This document shows positions 37,279 to 45,692 of a stretch of DNA of 54,010 bases, piece after piece. The notes beneath the pieces were generated by a model that worked only from the letters and a program-made list of their open reading frames with translations, ran no database searches and was not told the DNA's origin. Source of the DNA: Candidatus Saccharimonadota bacterium. GTDB lineage: Bacteria > Patescibacteriota > Saccharimonadia > Saccharimonadales > Saccharimonadaceae. A program made the position numbers and the translations under genes. The DNA lies in the NCBI GenBank assembly GCA_037135295.1, contig JBAXKN010000001.1:1-54010 (forward strand), given 5' to 3'. Position 1 is the stretch's first letter. Each line of letters begins with the position of its first letter.

Positions 37279-37671
37279 ATGTCGACAATCGACCAACAAT
37301 TCGTAGAATATATCGTAAAATCTCTCGTAGGACATCCTGACGATGTTGCTGTAGAGCGTCTTATTGATGAAAAGGGCGTCCTGTTATCACTAACTGTAAA
37401 CCCAGAAGATCTTGGACGTGTTATTGGCAAACGTGGCGTGACAGCGCAAAGCTTGCGAACATTATTACGCGCACTGGGTACAAAGAATGATGCTCGTTAT
37501 AACCTTAAGATTGTCAATAATGATGATCAGCGTGAAAACTATACGACATCATCAGACAGCACTCCTAGCGAGCCTGTGGTAAAATCTACAGATGAACCTG
37601 TGGATAACGCTAGTGATTATGCAAAAACCGCTCGCCAAGAACTTGCGGAACTTGACGACTTAGATATATAA
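37279..37671 (+). CDS. KH-domain RNA-binding protein (YlqC-like) with an acidic C-terminal extension
   Basis: KSLVGHPDDVAV and GRVIGKRGVTAQSLRTLL (GxxG KH motif). Confidence 0.85.
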   Translation: MSTIDQQFVEYIVKSLVGHPDDVAVERLIDEKGVLLSLTVNPEDLGRVIGKRGVTAQSLRTLLRALGTKNDARYNLKIVNNDDQRENYTTSSDSTPSEPVVKSTDEPVDNASDYAKTARQELAELDDLDI

Positions 37672-37765
37672 TCAAAGACAGTTAGAAGTAATTTACTATA
37701 ACTGCGAGAAATTGAGCTCTATGCGAGCAAACCAACAGGGTTTGAGAGCCTTATATGTCAGAATA

Positions 37766-37790
37766 ACCACCTTTAGGGGTGGTTTTTTTG
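37766..37790 (+). terminator. intrinsic terminator
   Basis: ACCACC/GGTGGT stem followed by a run of seven T residues. Confidence 0.7.
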
Positions 37791-37815
37791 TGGCAATACT
37801 TTATCATGGACATAG

Positions 37816-38469
37816 ATGATAAAAATACAAGTTGTTACGTTATTCCCTGAAATGTTTGAAGGTGTTTTTAATAATTCAATGATGTGGAAGGCTCAAGAAC
37901 AAAAAGCTGTCGAATTTAAGACGGTCAATTTACGTGACTTTGGTTTAGGGCCTCGACAACGTGTCGACGATACTCCTTATGGAGGTGGTGATGGGATGTT
38001 GTTGATGGTTGAGCCACTGACAAATGCTATTTTAAAATGTAAAGAGTATGACTCAAATGCAAAAGTTGTTCTATTAACACCACGTGGGGAACGCTGGAAG
38101 CAGTCTCTGGCGCAATCTTGGTCTGACTCTAATAATAGTTATATTTTTGTTTGTGGACGATACGAAGGCTATGACGAGCGGATACTAAATCTTGTTGATG
38201 AACAGGTTAGTGTAGGTGATTATATATTAACTGGTGGAGAAATACCTGCAATGACGATTATTGACAGTATAGTCCGTCTTATGCCTGGAGTACTGGGTGG
38301 TGAAAATAGTGCCTCAATCGAAAGTTTTAGTGATGGCGAAACATTAGAGTTTCCACAATACACTAGGCCAGATGATTATAAAGGTCAAAAAGTGCCCAAT
38401 GTTTTATTAAGTGGTAATCACGCCGAAATAGAAAAATGGCGTTCTGAAAACTCAAAAAAATCATTATAG
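37816..38469 (+). CDS. trmD: tRNA (guanine37-N1)-methyltransferase
   Basis: VVTLFPEMFEG, GRYEGYDERI, GDYILTGGEIPAM. Confidence 0.93.
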   Translation: MIKIQVVTLFPEMFEGVFNNSMMWKAQEQKAVEFKTVNLRDFGLGPRQRVDDTPYGGGDGMLLMVEPLTNAILKCKEYDSNAKVVLLTPRGERWKQSLAQSWSDSNNSYIFVCGRYEGYDERILNLVDEQVSVGDYILTGGEIPAMTIIDSIVRLMPGVLGGENSASIESFSDGETLEFPQYTRPDDYKGQKVPNVLLSGNHAEIEKWRSENSKKSL

Positions 38470-38520
38470 ATTAAACGTTTATGTTTGTGTTTGGTCTGGG
38501 CCTCATATATATTTAACTTT

Positions 38521-38880
38521 ATGCTTGATAAAGAAAAATTTGAAATATTACCACCTGAGCTAGGAAGTCAATTTCCAGAATTTAGAGGTTTTGCAAGAAC
38601 ATTTTTCAATGACCCAGAAAAACAGGCACGAGCGATGCGTTTTATTGTAGGTTTTTATGGGTTAGTAAATTATGAATCTCACTCTAATCCAGATGAAGGT
38701 AAAATTCTCAAAGAATCTTTATCAAACATTACTGATTTTTTTGTTAAACATTATCCTGAATTTATGGAGGAAGAGGTTCAAATAGATAGCGAATGCGGGG
38801 GCGGAACATACCATCGAGAGGAAAGATTGGCACATTTTGTAATGAAAATATTATCTGAGGTTGAGACTGAAGAGGAATAA
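38521..38880 (+). CDS. hypothetical protein
   Basis: ORF with start moved to the first ATG (MLDKEKFEIL). The ORF-track start is a TTG with no RBS. Confidence 0.55.
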   Translation: MLDKEKFEILPPELGSQFPEFRGFARTFFNDPEKQARAMRFIVGFYGLVNYESHSNPDEGKILKESLSNITDFFVKHYPEFMEEEVQIDSECGGGTYHREERLAHFVMKILSEVETEEE

Positions 38881-38886
38881 TCAAGG

Positions 38887-38913
38887 AACCCCGCCATAAT
38901 AGCGGGGTTTTTT
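38887..38913 (+). terminator. intrinsic terminator
   Basis: AACCCCGC/GCGGGGTT stem followed by a T-run. Confidence 0.8.
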
Positions 38914-39085
38914 GTTGTGGTGAATATCATAGAGCGATCAGTCACAACATATGTTTTTTTTGGAGTTATGTTTGTTTTTGTAACTTTCGCTGAATGTACT
39001 TTAAGTTAAAAATATAAAAAGCGCAAGCATAATAACAAAAATAACAACGTTTGTGCTTTATGTACTCAGGTTGTATCCTAGTAAT

Positions 39086-39592
39086 ATGAACTTAATAGTC
39101 AAAGCTCTACCAGCAAAAAAACCTAGAACTCTTGAATCACAAAAAGTTTCTTATATGTTTGCGGTAATATTAATAATATTCTTACTTAGTCAATTATATT
39201 CATTCGATGAATTTTTATTATTAGTTGAAAGCTTTTGGATCCCCGGTGGTTATGTCTCTTCCCAATTATTGGCAAGTATCATTGTCACAACCGAGTTATT
39301 TGCCCTTCCATTTTTATTAGGTATGTCGCTTAGTCCTTTAATGCGAATATGCAGTATGGTTTGTTGTTGGCTTGCTCCGACTATTTGGTTATTATTATCA
39401 ATATGGCTAAACGTAACGACAAACGCAGTTTCAAATATTGGTTTCCTAGGTACGACGGTTAGCTTAATCCCAGGTTGGTGGACAATGTTCTTTAGTTTTG
39501 CATTAGTTATGTTGTCGATATGGGCTAGTTGGGGATTGTGGCCATTTCCAATAAGTAAGGGCCATTTGTCAAAACAAAAAGCCGAAAAATAG
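39086..39592 (+). CDS. hypothetical 4-TM membrane protein (possibly MauE/DoxX-like)
   Basis: Hydrophobic ORF. I moved the start to ATG 39086. The family guess is weak. Confidence 0.5.
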   Translation: MNLIVKALPAKKPRTLESQKVSYMFAVILIIFLLSQLYSFDEFLLLVESFWIPGGYVSSQLLASIIVTTELFALPFLLGMSLSPLMRICSMVCCWLAPTIWLLLSIWLNVTTNAVSNIGFLGTTVSLIPGWWTMFFSFALVMLSIWASWGLWPFPISKGHLSKQKAEK

Positions 39593-39654
39593 TCGCTCCT
39601 AGTTGCGTTCTTTATTTCATGGGTTTATTATGAAATTATAAGGGGGATAATATT

Positions 39655-40200
39655 ATGGAATCAATACGTAAATTAGAAAACGTAATTGGAGGATGGTTAA
39701 AACCACTTCCACATTTGCCGGATACTTGGCGAAAATGGTTATCGGAAAATATCTGGTGGTTAACATTAATAGGGGTAATTTTAGAGGTTATTGCAATATT
39801 CATGCTAGTTGCTGCAATATTTGCTGCAATGGCAGTTGTTAGTACTACAGATGCATTTCTAGGTGCGTATTACAGAGCATCAGTCACAACATATTCTGGA
39901 ATGTGGTATTTTTCATCGATTGTATCAATAATTTTTATTATCGCAACAACAGCTATCACAGCAATGGCTATTAAACCTTTGCAGGGTATGAAGAAAAAAG
40001 GTTGGGACTTGTTATTTATAGTATTTCTATTAGGTGTTGCTTCGTCAGTTGTTAGTGCTGCCCTAAGTCTTACTTATAATGCGTATGGTCTAATACCAAA
40101 CATTGCCTCGGCCATCATTAGTGCTGTTATAGGTGCATATTTCTTATTTGAAATAAGATCACATTTTAACGCTGCTAAAGTAGTCAAAAAAGAAAAATAA
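39655..40200 (+). CDS. hypothetical 4-TM membrane protein
   Basis: 181-aa ORF with AAGGGGGA upstream. Confidence 0.6.
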   Translation: MESIRKLENVIGGWLKPLPHLPDTWRKWLSENIWWLTLIGVILEVIAIFMLVAAIFAAMAVVSTTDAFLGAYYRASVTTYSGMWYFSSIVSIIFIIATTAITAMAIKPLQGMKKKGWDLLFIVFLLGVASSVVSAALSLTYNAYGLIPNIASAIISAVIGAYFLFEIRSHFNAAKVVKKEK

Positions 40201-40250
40201 AATCAATACTTGAGCCGTCACCCTGATTAGTGTACAATTTGTATTGTTAA

Positions 40251-40395
40251 TGGGGTGTCGCCAAGTGGTAAGGTGAGAATTGCCAGACGGCAATTCGCAA
40301 GGCCGGAAGTGCGACGGCACTGAGGCGGGCTCGCGAAATTTATCCCCAGATAAATATTTGTGAGACGGGTTTTGGTCCTGGCACCAAAGCTGTAG
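40251..40395 (+). pseudogene. tRNA-Gln-derived 5' fragment (acceptor 5' strand, D arm, 92-nt insertion, degenerate UUG anticodon arm)
   Basis: 40251-40273 is 23/23 identical to 40434-40456. 40366-40382 matches the anticodon arm of the intact gene at 14/17 positions, including the loop TTTTGGT. The insertion starts with the hairpin GAATTGCC-AGAC-GGCAATTC. TACAAT lies 12 nt upstream, the same spacing as at the intact gene. Confidence 0.65.
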
Positions 40396-40415
40396 AAAAT
40401 TACAGCACTTTAAGA

Positions 40416-40421
40416 TATAAT
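40416..40421 (+). promoter_or_regulatory. -10 element (TATAAT) of tRNA-Gln
   Basis: Perfect TATAAT 12 nt upstream of tRNA nucleotide 1. Confidence 0.45.
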
Positions 40422-40433
40422 TGTTCATTGTAA

Positions 40434-40508
40434 TGGGGTGTCGCCAAGTGGTAAGGCACCGGCTTTTGGTGCCGGCATTCGGGGGTTCGAATCCCTCCAC
40501 CCCAGCCA
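40434..40508 (+). tRNA. tRNA-Gln(UUG)
   Basis: Acceptor TGGGGTG/CACCCCA (U1-A72), D arm GCC/GGC, anticodon arm CCGGC/TTTTGGT/GCCGG, T arm GGGGG/TTCGAAT/CCCTC, discriminator G, encoded CCA. 75 nt. Confidence 0.93.
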
Positions 40509-40511
40509 TAG

Positions 40512-40546
40512 AAAAAAGTCCTAGGTTTTTATCCTAGGACTTTTTC
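40512..40546 (+). terminator. intrinsic terminator of tRNA-Gln
   Basis: AAAAAGTCCTAGG/CCTAGGACTTTTT stem plus a T-run. Confidence 0.8.
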
Positions 40547-40582
40547 TATAACTGAGCTGTAGTGATTCGATGCCCCGAGTGA

Positions 40583-40703
40583 GCATTCGGGGGCGAAAAC
40601 TGCCAAACGGCAGTTTGAGAGAAACCTTTCAGATTATTAGCTGTGCTAATAGTATGTAAGTTTCGGGGTCGCGGAACGTGACCGAATCCCTCCACCCCAG
40701 CCA
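40583..40703 (+). pseudogene. tRNA-Gln-derived 3' fragment with a 90-nt insertion in the T loop
   Basis: GCATTCGGGGG (40583-40593) equals the variable loop plus T-stem 5' strand. GAATCCCTCCACCCCAGCCA (40684-40703) is 20/20 identical to 40489-40508. The insertion starts with the hairpin AAACTGCC-AAAC-GGCAGTTT. Confidence 0.65.
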
Positions 40704-40705
40704 AT

Positions 40706-40735
40706 AAAAACGCAGACCTTTTGGTCTGCATTTTT
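40706..40735 (+). terminator. intrinsic terminator after fragment C
   Basis: GCAGACC/GGTCTGC stem, TTTT loop, and a downstream T-run. Confidence 0.7.
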
Positions 40736-40744
40736 ATTGCCGTG

Positions 40745-40885
40745 GTCGGGATCCGAATCATCGGTTTTGTGAAACAAAACATCGCGGGGTTCGGCGAAGC
40801 GATTGAAGTGAAAAAGTGTTTACATTTTTTCGTGAATGAACGGAGAAGCGACACAAAGTGAAGCGCTATACCTCCACCCCAGTCA
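40745..40885 (+). pseudogene. second, more degenerate tRNA-Gln 3' fragment
   Basis: A degenerate T-arm-like stretch TCGGGATCCGAATC is followed by about 110 nt of hairpin-rich sequence. It ends with CCTCCACCCCAG (12/12 match) then TCA instead of CCA. Confidence 0.5.
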
Positions 40886-40888
40886 ATC

Positions 40889-40917
40889 ATAAGCACTCTG
40901 TATGAAGTGCTTATTTT
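40889..40917 (+). terminator. intrinsic terminator after fragment D
   Basis: 9-bp stem ATAAGCACT/AGTGCTTAT followed by TTTT. Confidence 0.7.
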
Positions 40918-40979
40918 ATTGCATTTAATGCTAATGTTTGTTTAAATTAGATTAAGTTTAATTTTTAATAGGATAAATC

Positions 40980-41618
40980 ATGAAAAAACAAATATACAAG
41001 TCAGGTTTTGCCCCAATTATTATAATAGTAGTCATAGTCGGTATGGTCGTAGTTGGAGTTTCAGGGTATTTATTTTATAAAAATTTTGTACAGAAAAAGT
41101 CTAATAACTCAATAGCCGGAACTAGCGCAAAACAAAAGTCAGATAATAATGTATACTCAGATAATAATTTAAGTTTTGAATATCCTAAAACAGGGTGGTC
41201 AACCACCACTAATACAAGAGATGATCCTTCTGGCTATGGTTTTAAGTACCACTCCGTATATTTACGTAGTGACGATTTCAAGGAGAGTGGTGATGGTAAT
41301 CCAGGTTCTTCAGCGAATATACTAGAGGGCACACAAATTTCTATTGTAAAGAATGGGCCAAACCCAGCTGGGGATAATGGTCCGAGAATCGATACAGAGG
41401 TTAAGTCTGCTGCCGACAGAGACTACTATACTGACGTTAACACTATAATGGTTGATGGATATAAAGCCTATAGTTACATCGATCAGTTTGGGTCACCTGT
41501 TACTAGATTTGCAAAAACTAATTACGAATATGGGATAGCAATTTTTCGTTCAGACAAAAAATACGACATGTATATGGCAGTCTATGATTTAATCAGGTCT
41601 ACCCTGAAGGTAAAATAG
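40980..41618 (+). CDS. hypothetical membrane-anchored/secreted protein
   Basis: 212-aa ORF with an N-terminal TM helix (FAPIIIIVVIVGMVVVGVSGYLF). Confidence 0.6.
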   Translation: MKKQIYKSGFAPIIIIVVIVGMVVVGVSGYLFYKNFVQKKSNNSIAGTSAKQKSDNNVYSDNNLSFEYPKTGWSTTTNTRDDPSGYGFKYHSVYLRSDDFKESGDGNPGSSANILEGTQISIVKNGPNPAGDNGPRIDTEVKSAADRDYYTDVNTIMVDGYKAYSYIDQFGSPVTRFAKTNYEYGIAIFRSDKKYDMYMAVYDLIRSTLKVK

Positions 41619-41756
41619 TTTTCCTGAAACACGACTACTAATCTTAGACAGATTGACGTTATATATTATTTATATGATAGTATTTCATCTAGAAAGTATT
41701 ATGAAAAAACGCTATAATAAGTAGTGGTATATTAACCAACTAAAGGAGAAGCTAAT

Positions 41757-41948
41757 ATGGCAACAGGATACTGCGTTAAATGCAAAGAAAAAGGAGTCGA
41801 TTTGTCGGCACCAGAAATTCATAAAACAGCAAAAGGTGGCTTCATGGCAAAAGGTAAGCATGAGAAATGCGGAACAACTGTTTGCGCAATGATGTCTAAA
41901 GAAACCGCTGAAAAAGCCCTAGAAGACGGCGCTAAAAAATCTTACTAA
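41757..41948 (+). CDS. small zinc-ribbon protein (DUF5679-like)
   Basis: CVKC ... CGTTVC cysteine pairs. AAAGGAGA lies 8 nt upstream. Confidence 0.6.
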   Translation: MATGYCVKCKEKGVDLSAPEIHKTAKGGFMAKGKHEKCGTTVCAMMSKETAEKALEDGAKKSY

Positions 41949-42014
41949 ATAATTTGATTTTTGATGGGTATAATAAACGGCTTAGACCGACTTACCCAGC
42001 CAAGATTAACACCA

Positions 42015-42046
42015 AAGGTGACCCGAATGGGTCATCTTTAGTTTTT
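42015..42046 (+). terminator. intrinsic terminator
   Basis: AAGGTGACCC/GGGTCATCTT stem (one G-U) followed by a T-run. Confidence 0.7.
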
Positions 42047-42171
42047 ATTAGTATATCGAGATTCACAAAAATACTGTTATCTGATACAGTTCGTCTGTTT
42101 ATTTTAAAATGTTAAAATTATAAAAAAGATATAATCAATTCGAATTTATATGGGCATGCTATAATATATTT

Positions 42172-42867
42172 ATGGGCGCCGGCTATACAGTTTTTTCATT
42201 TGGTCCTGTTATATTCTTTTTAATTTGTGCCATCTCTTCGGTTGCTTGGCTCACCTTGGCGATGAGCATTGCAATTAAGGGAATCGTAATTGTACCAGAG
42301 AAGAAATCTACTTTTATTAAGCTGTTTTACGTGGCAGCTATCTTTGCTGCTATCTTCTTTTTTGCAGTGGTAAAGTACGAGTGGCTTGGTGGCACTACTT
42401 CTTATGACGGTTTATATCATTCAACGGGTTTTATAGGTAGTATTATAATTGGCATAGTCGCGATTAGTATTAGAGATAATAATAAATTAAGGTCTTTTGG
42501 CGTAGGGTTACTGCCATTTTTCGTGGCAATTGGGTTTTTAATTGTTAATGCAACATTCACATCTGGCGCTTCTGGGGATTTAAATTCCTTATCGTACGTT
42601 ATTGGTTTCTTTTTTGCATCAATTCAGGTTATATACCCGTTGGCCTACTACTTTTACATTAAACAGCCTAGTAATATGCAAGCTGCTATTGATAAACGAA
42701 ATGCAAAAATAGACAAAAAAAATGCTAAAATGGGCATCGCAAACTCAAATCAAATGCCATCTGCATCTACACAACCTACCTATATGCCTCCAACGCAAAC
42801 TGCCGCAACACCACAAACTCAGTCAGAGCCTCTGAATGCCACGCAAGATACTACTAACAGGCAGTAG
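42172..42867 (+). CDS. polytopic membrane protein with a Q/T/P-rich C-terminal tail
   Basis: About 6 TM helices. First gene of the plus-strand half of the lipid locus. Confidence 0.65.
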   Translation: MGAGYTVFSFGPVIFFLICAISSVAWLTLAMSIAIKGIVIVPEKKSTFIKLFYVAAIFAAIFFFAVVKYEWLGGTTSYDGLYHSTGFIGSIIIGIVAISIRDNNKLRSFGVGLLPFFVAIGFLIVNATFTSGASGDLNSLSYVIGFFFASIQVIYPLAYYFYIKQPSNMQAAIDKRNAKIDKKNAKMGIANSNQMPSASTQPTYMPPTQTAATPQTQSEPLNATQDTTNRQ

Positions 42868-45004
42868 ACATTTTGTTGCATTAAAAGAAGCCCGAATACT
42901 TCATGATTCGGGTTGTGAAGTATATACGGCGGATAGTGTAAATTTTGACTATACGATGTATTCTAATGCAGTCAAAAAGCATTTTCTCGTTCCATCTGTA
43001 CGTTTTGAGGAAACGAAGTATATTGAAAAACTTTGTGAAATCATAATAGAGTACAAAATAGATGAGGTTGTAGCTCTTGGTGAGGAAACATTTTACCTAT
43101 CGAATAATATACAAAAGATTCGACAGTCATGTTCCGATGTCTGCATAAAACTAGATAGTCTTGATAAACTTTCCACATTACATAATAAATGGCTCTTTTA
43201 TAAGCTTTCCATGTCTTTAAAATTTACTGTACCGAAAACCGCACTCGTAAAATCACCAAGTGAAATTGCTAAGTTGCAACAGTGGTCATCACAACATAGC
43301 GTGATAAAGCCAATATATTCTCGATTTGGCTATGAGGTAAAAGAACTTTATGATATCAACATGACTGTGCTTGAGAGTCTCGATTGGGACGACGAGGATG
43401 GGTATATCATTCAAGAATATATCAAAGGTGAAGACATATCTTCTTTTTCAATGTCAAGCGATGGGAGTGACATCATCACGTATAAAAGTGCACTAACGAC
43501 TAGTGCACCGGGGGCAATGGCAGCTGCAATAAGGGTAGAAACACCGCAACAAGTGCGTGATATTGATATAAAAATACGTAAAGCGCTTAACTATTCTGGC
43601 CAACTGGGTTTAGATTTTCTATTAACGCCTGATGGTGAAATAGTTCTTCTGGAAGCAAACCCGCGAGCAACAATCGGACGAGTATTAATGCGACAACCAA
43701 AGATTCAATTTAGAATCATGATGCTACATCAGTTTTTAAATGGTTTAATACCGTTACGCGCGTGGCTAAAATATTTTTGGGTAATGACTTGGTATCCTGA
43801 TATGGTATGGAGTTGGAGAGATATTCGTCCGGCTTTTATGAGTCAAATTATGTGCAAGGGTCTTGGAACATATCTGCGTTTTTTGTCACGTCATTCTGGA
43901 GTTAGTTTTCAGGCATACAGCACCTATGACATGGAATATAATGGCGATAAAGTTATAATTTCCAAAGTTGAAAACCCTACAAAAAATGATGATAAAACCA
44001 TATTAAGTTTGTTGGAAGGCCTATCAAGAAAAGGTATGTTCTATTTAATTTATACTCGTCGTCCATCGCCACTACTATCATTTAAACATGAGCAAGCAAA
44101 TATCGGTGTGATAAAAGATAGTCGACAGGATATAAAATACATGTGCGCCTGCTCACATGACGAATACTATATTAACGGAAAATCTTGTGGGTTGGGGTAT
44201 TTGAGCGCAGTCCGGAAAAATCCAACTTTTCAAGGATTTATTGACTGGAGAATGCCATTTTTTAATTATTTTAGCGAAAGAAACTATTTTTTTTCAGTTA
44301 TGAAAAGTAACTCCCGTGCCATTCAAGCATTTACAAGACCCCACGAGTCACTCGTGCTATCAAGTCTGGTTGCAGACTATAATATTATGATCATCAACGC
44401 TCGTCGGATTGCTGTGCCACATCATAGTAAATGTATATTCAAAAATACAGTCGGCATTAATCGGGCAGAGTTGTTGGAATTTATTAATAGGGAAGGACGC
44501 AAATATAATTTCTTTCCGGTCGTGAACGAATATCTGCTTCAGCGCCTCGACATAACGGACAAAAACAGTTTTGTGCTATTGCGTGACGGTAACATAGTTG
44601 GTTTTGCTGGACTTGTAGATCAGAGAAAATGGAAGCAATTCATCATTGTTCGCTATGCGTGGATATTGCGTTTTATTCGAATCCCATTTAATTTGTTTGC
44701 TAGACGCTTAAGTTATATCTCTATTCCAAAACAAGACAAAACAGTTATATGTCCAACGGCGACTATTTTTGTGGTTTCCGAAAACGATCAGAATCTGTAC
44801 AAGGAGTTGTTATATGGTCTTTCTTGTGAAGCTAGAAAGAAAGCTGATATATTCACGTTGGCCGTAACAACAAAAAGCCCACTCTACAGATCGCTCCAGA
44901 CAAGATATAACTTTGCGATTGAAAATAATCTATATATTCAGGAGATAAACGGGCTTGCGGTTGACGGTAAGCAAGTATATGTAGATGCCCTTATGCTATA
45001 CTAG
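42836..45004 (+). CDS. 722-aa fusion: ATP-grasp ligase N-terminal half plus a large C-terminal domain of GNAT/Fem-like character
   Basis: Pre-ATP-grasp ILLTGSRHFVALKEARILHDSGCEVYTADS. ATP-grasp core KW..YKL...VPKT..V....E......VIKP..SRFG, IIQEYIKGEDIS, GLDFLLTPDGEIVLLEANPR. The C-terminal 340 aa have no motif I can name. The GNAT/Fem-like idea is inference. Confidence 0.7.
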   Translation: MPRKILLTGSRHFVALKEARILHDSGCEVYTADSVNFDYTMYSNAVKKHFLVPSVRFEETKYIEKLCEIIIEYKIDEVVALGEETFYLSNNIQKIRQSCSDVCIKLDSLDKLSTLHNKWLFYKLSMSLKFTVPKTALVKSPSEIAKLQQWSSQHSVIKPIYSRFGYEVKELYDINMTVLESLDWDDEDGYIIQEYIKGEDISSFSMSSDGSDIITYKSALTTSAPGAMAAAIRVETPQQVRDIDIKIRKALNYSGQLGLDFLLTPDGEIVLLEANPRATIGRVLMRQPKIQFRIMMLHQFLNGLIPLRAWLKYFWVMTWYPDMVWSWRDIRPAFMSQIMCKGLGTYLRFLSRHSGVSFQAYSTYDMEYNGDKVIISKVENPTKNDDKTILSLLEGLSRKGMFYLIYTRRPSPLLSFKHEQANIGVIKDSRQDIKYMCACSHDEYYINGKSCGLGYLSAVRKNPTFQGFIDWRMPFFNYFSERNYFFSVMKSNSRAIQAFTRPHESLVLSSLVADYNIMIINARRIAVPHHSKCIFKNTVGINRAELLEFINREGRKYNFFPVVNEYLLQRLDITDKNSFVLLRDGNIVGFAGLVDQRKWKQFIIVRYAWILRFIRIPFNLFARRLSYISIPKQDKTVICPTATIFVVSENDQNLYKELLYGLSCEARKKADIFTLAVTTKSPLYRSLQTRYNFAIENNLYIQEINGLAVDGKQVYVDALMLY

Positions 45005-45009
45005 GCATT

Positions 45010-45690
45010 ATGAAATATCTAATTAGTTTACTTAGTGACAAAGTTAACCCATGGGTGTTTGGGTTCTTCGCAATAGGGGCGCTTCTACTACTATTAATAT
45101 CAAGTTATTACTTGTGGCATAAAAAAAATAAAACTTTTCGATTATTCGGTGTTGGACTTGTACTAACTGGACTAGCTTTTACATGTTGGTCGTATGTAAC
45201 AGGCTTTCATCCAGAGAACATCGGGTTATATACAAACATAGGCGTGCTGCTTTTTCTAGGGGCATTGATTTCGTTCTTCCTTTCATATACAAGTACTATT
45301 AAGCGCAAGAAAGCGCGCATAGCATATTGGGCTGTTGGAACAGTCGCACTAGTGGCATTTATAACACTCCGATTCGTGCTACATAAGTCTAATCCTGGAT
45401 TTTCAGAAGACGGCTTTTTTTCTTTCAATATAGACCAATTGGTTGTTTATGCTTATGTTGTTCTGATTGCATTTTCTATGGTACCAGCTGCATATGGAGT
45501 TGCGGCTATAACAAAGAGCGCTCTTTTAGCGGGCGTGACACGGTTTGGTTTTTCGTTAATTACTATCGGTACTGCTATTCTAATCACTAGCCCCGATAAC
45601 TACATGCAAATCATTAATGGTACGGGCATGGTGGTTGGTATTGTTATGATCGCTGCAACACATATTTTTGTGCCGCTGGAATCTAAATAG
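45010..45690 (+). CDS. hypothetical 7-TM membrane protein
   Basis: 226-aa hydrophobic ORF starting 5 nt after the previous stop. Confidence 0.65.
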   Translation: MKYLISLLSDKVNPWVFGFFAIGALLLLLISSYYLWHKKNKTFRLFGVGLVLTGLAFTCWSYVTGFHPENIGLYTNIGVLLFLGALISFFLSYTSTIKRKKARIAYWAVGTVALVAFITLRFVLHKSNPGFSEDGFFSFNIDQLVVYAYVVLIAFSMVPAAYGVAAITKSALLAGVTRFGFSLITIGTAILITSPDNYMQIINGTGMVVGIVMIAATHIFVPLESK

Positions 45691-45692
45691 AA

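Noticed and set aside
40388-40562. 8-bp direct repeat AGCTGTAG (40388-40395 and 40555-40562) flanking the intact tRNA-Gln, considered as a target-site duplication of an inserted tRNA cassette
   Set aside because: In a 650-bp region, a few 8-mer repeats are expected by chance. There are no terminal inverted repeats or other transposon hallmarks.
40159-40896. Two 116-aa minus-strand ORFs (40159..40509 and 40546..40896) in the ORF track
   Set aside because: They run antisense through tRNA-Gln, its fragments and three terminator hairpins. They have no RBS, and their composition reflects the tRNA-derived sequence. They are spurious.
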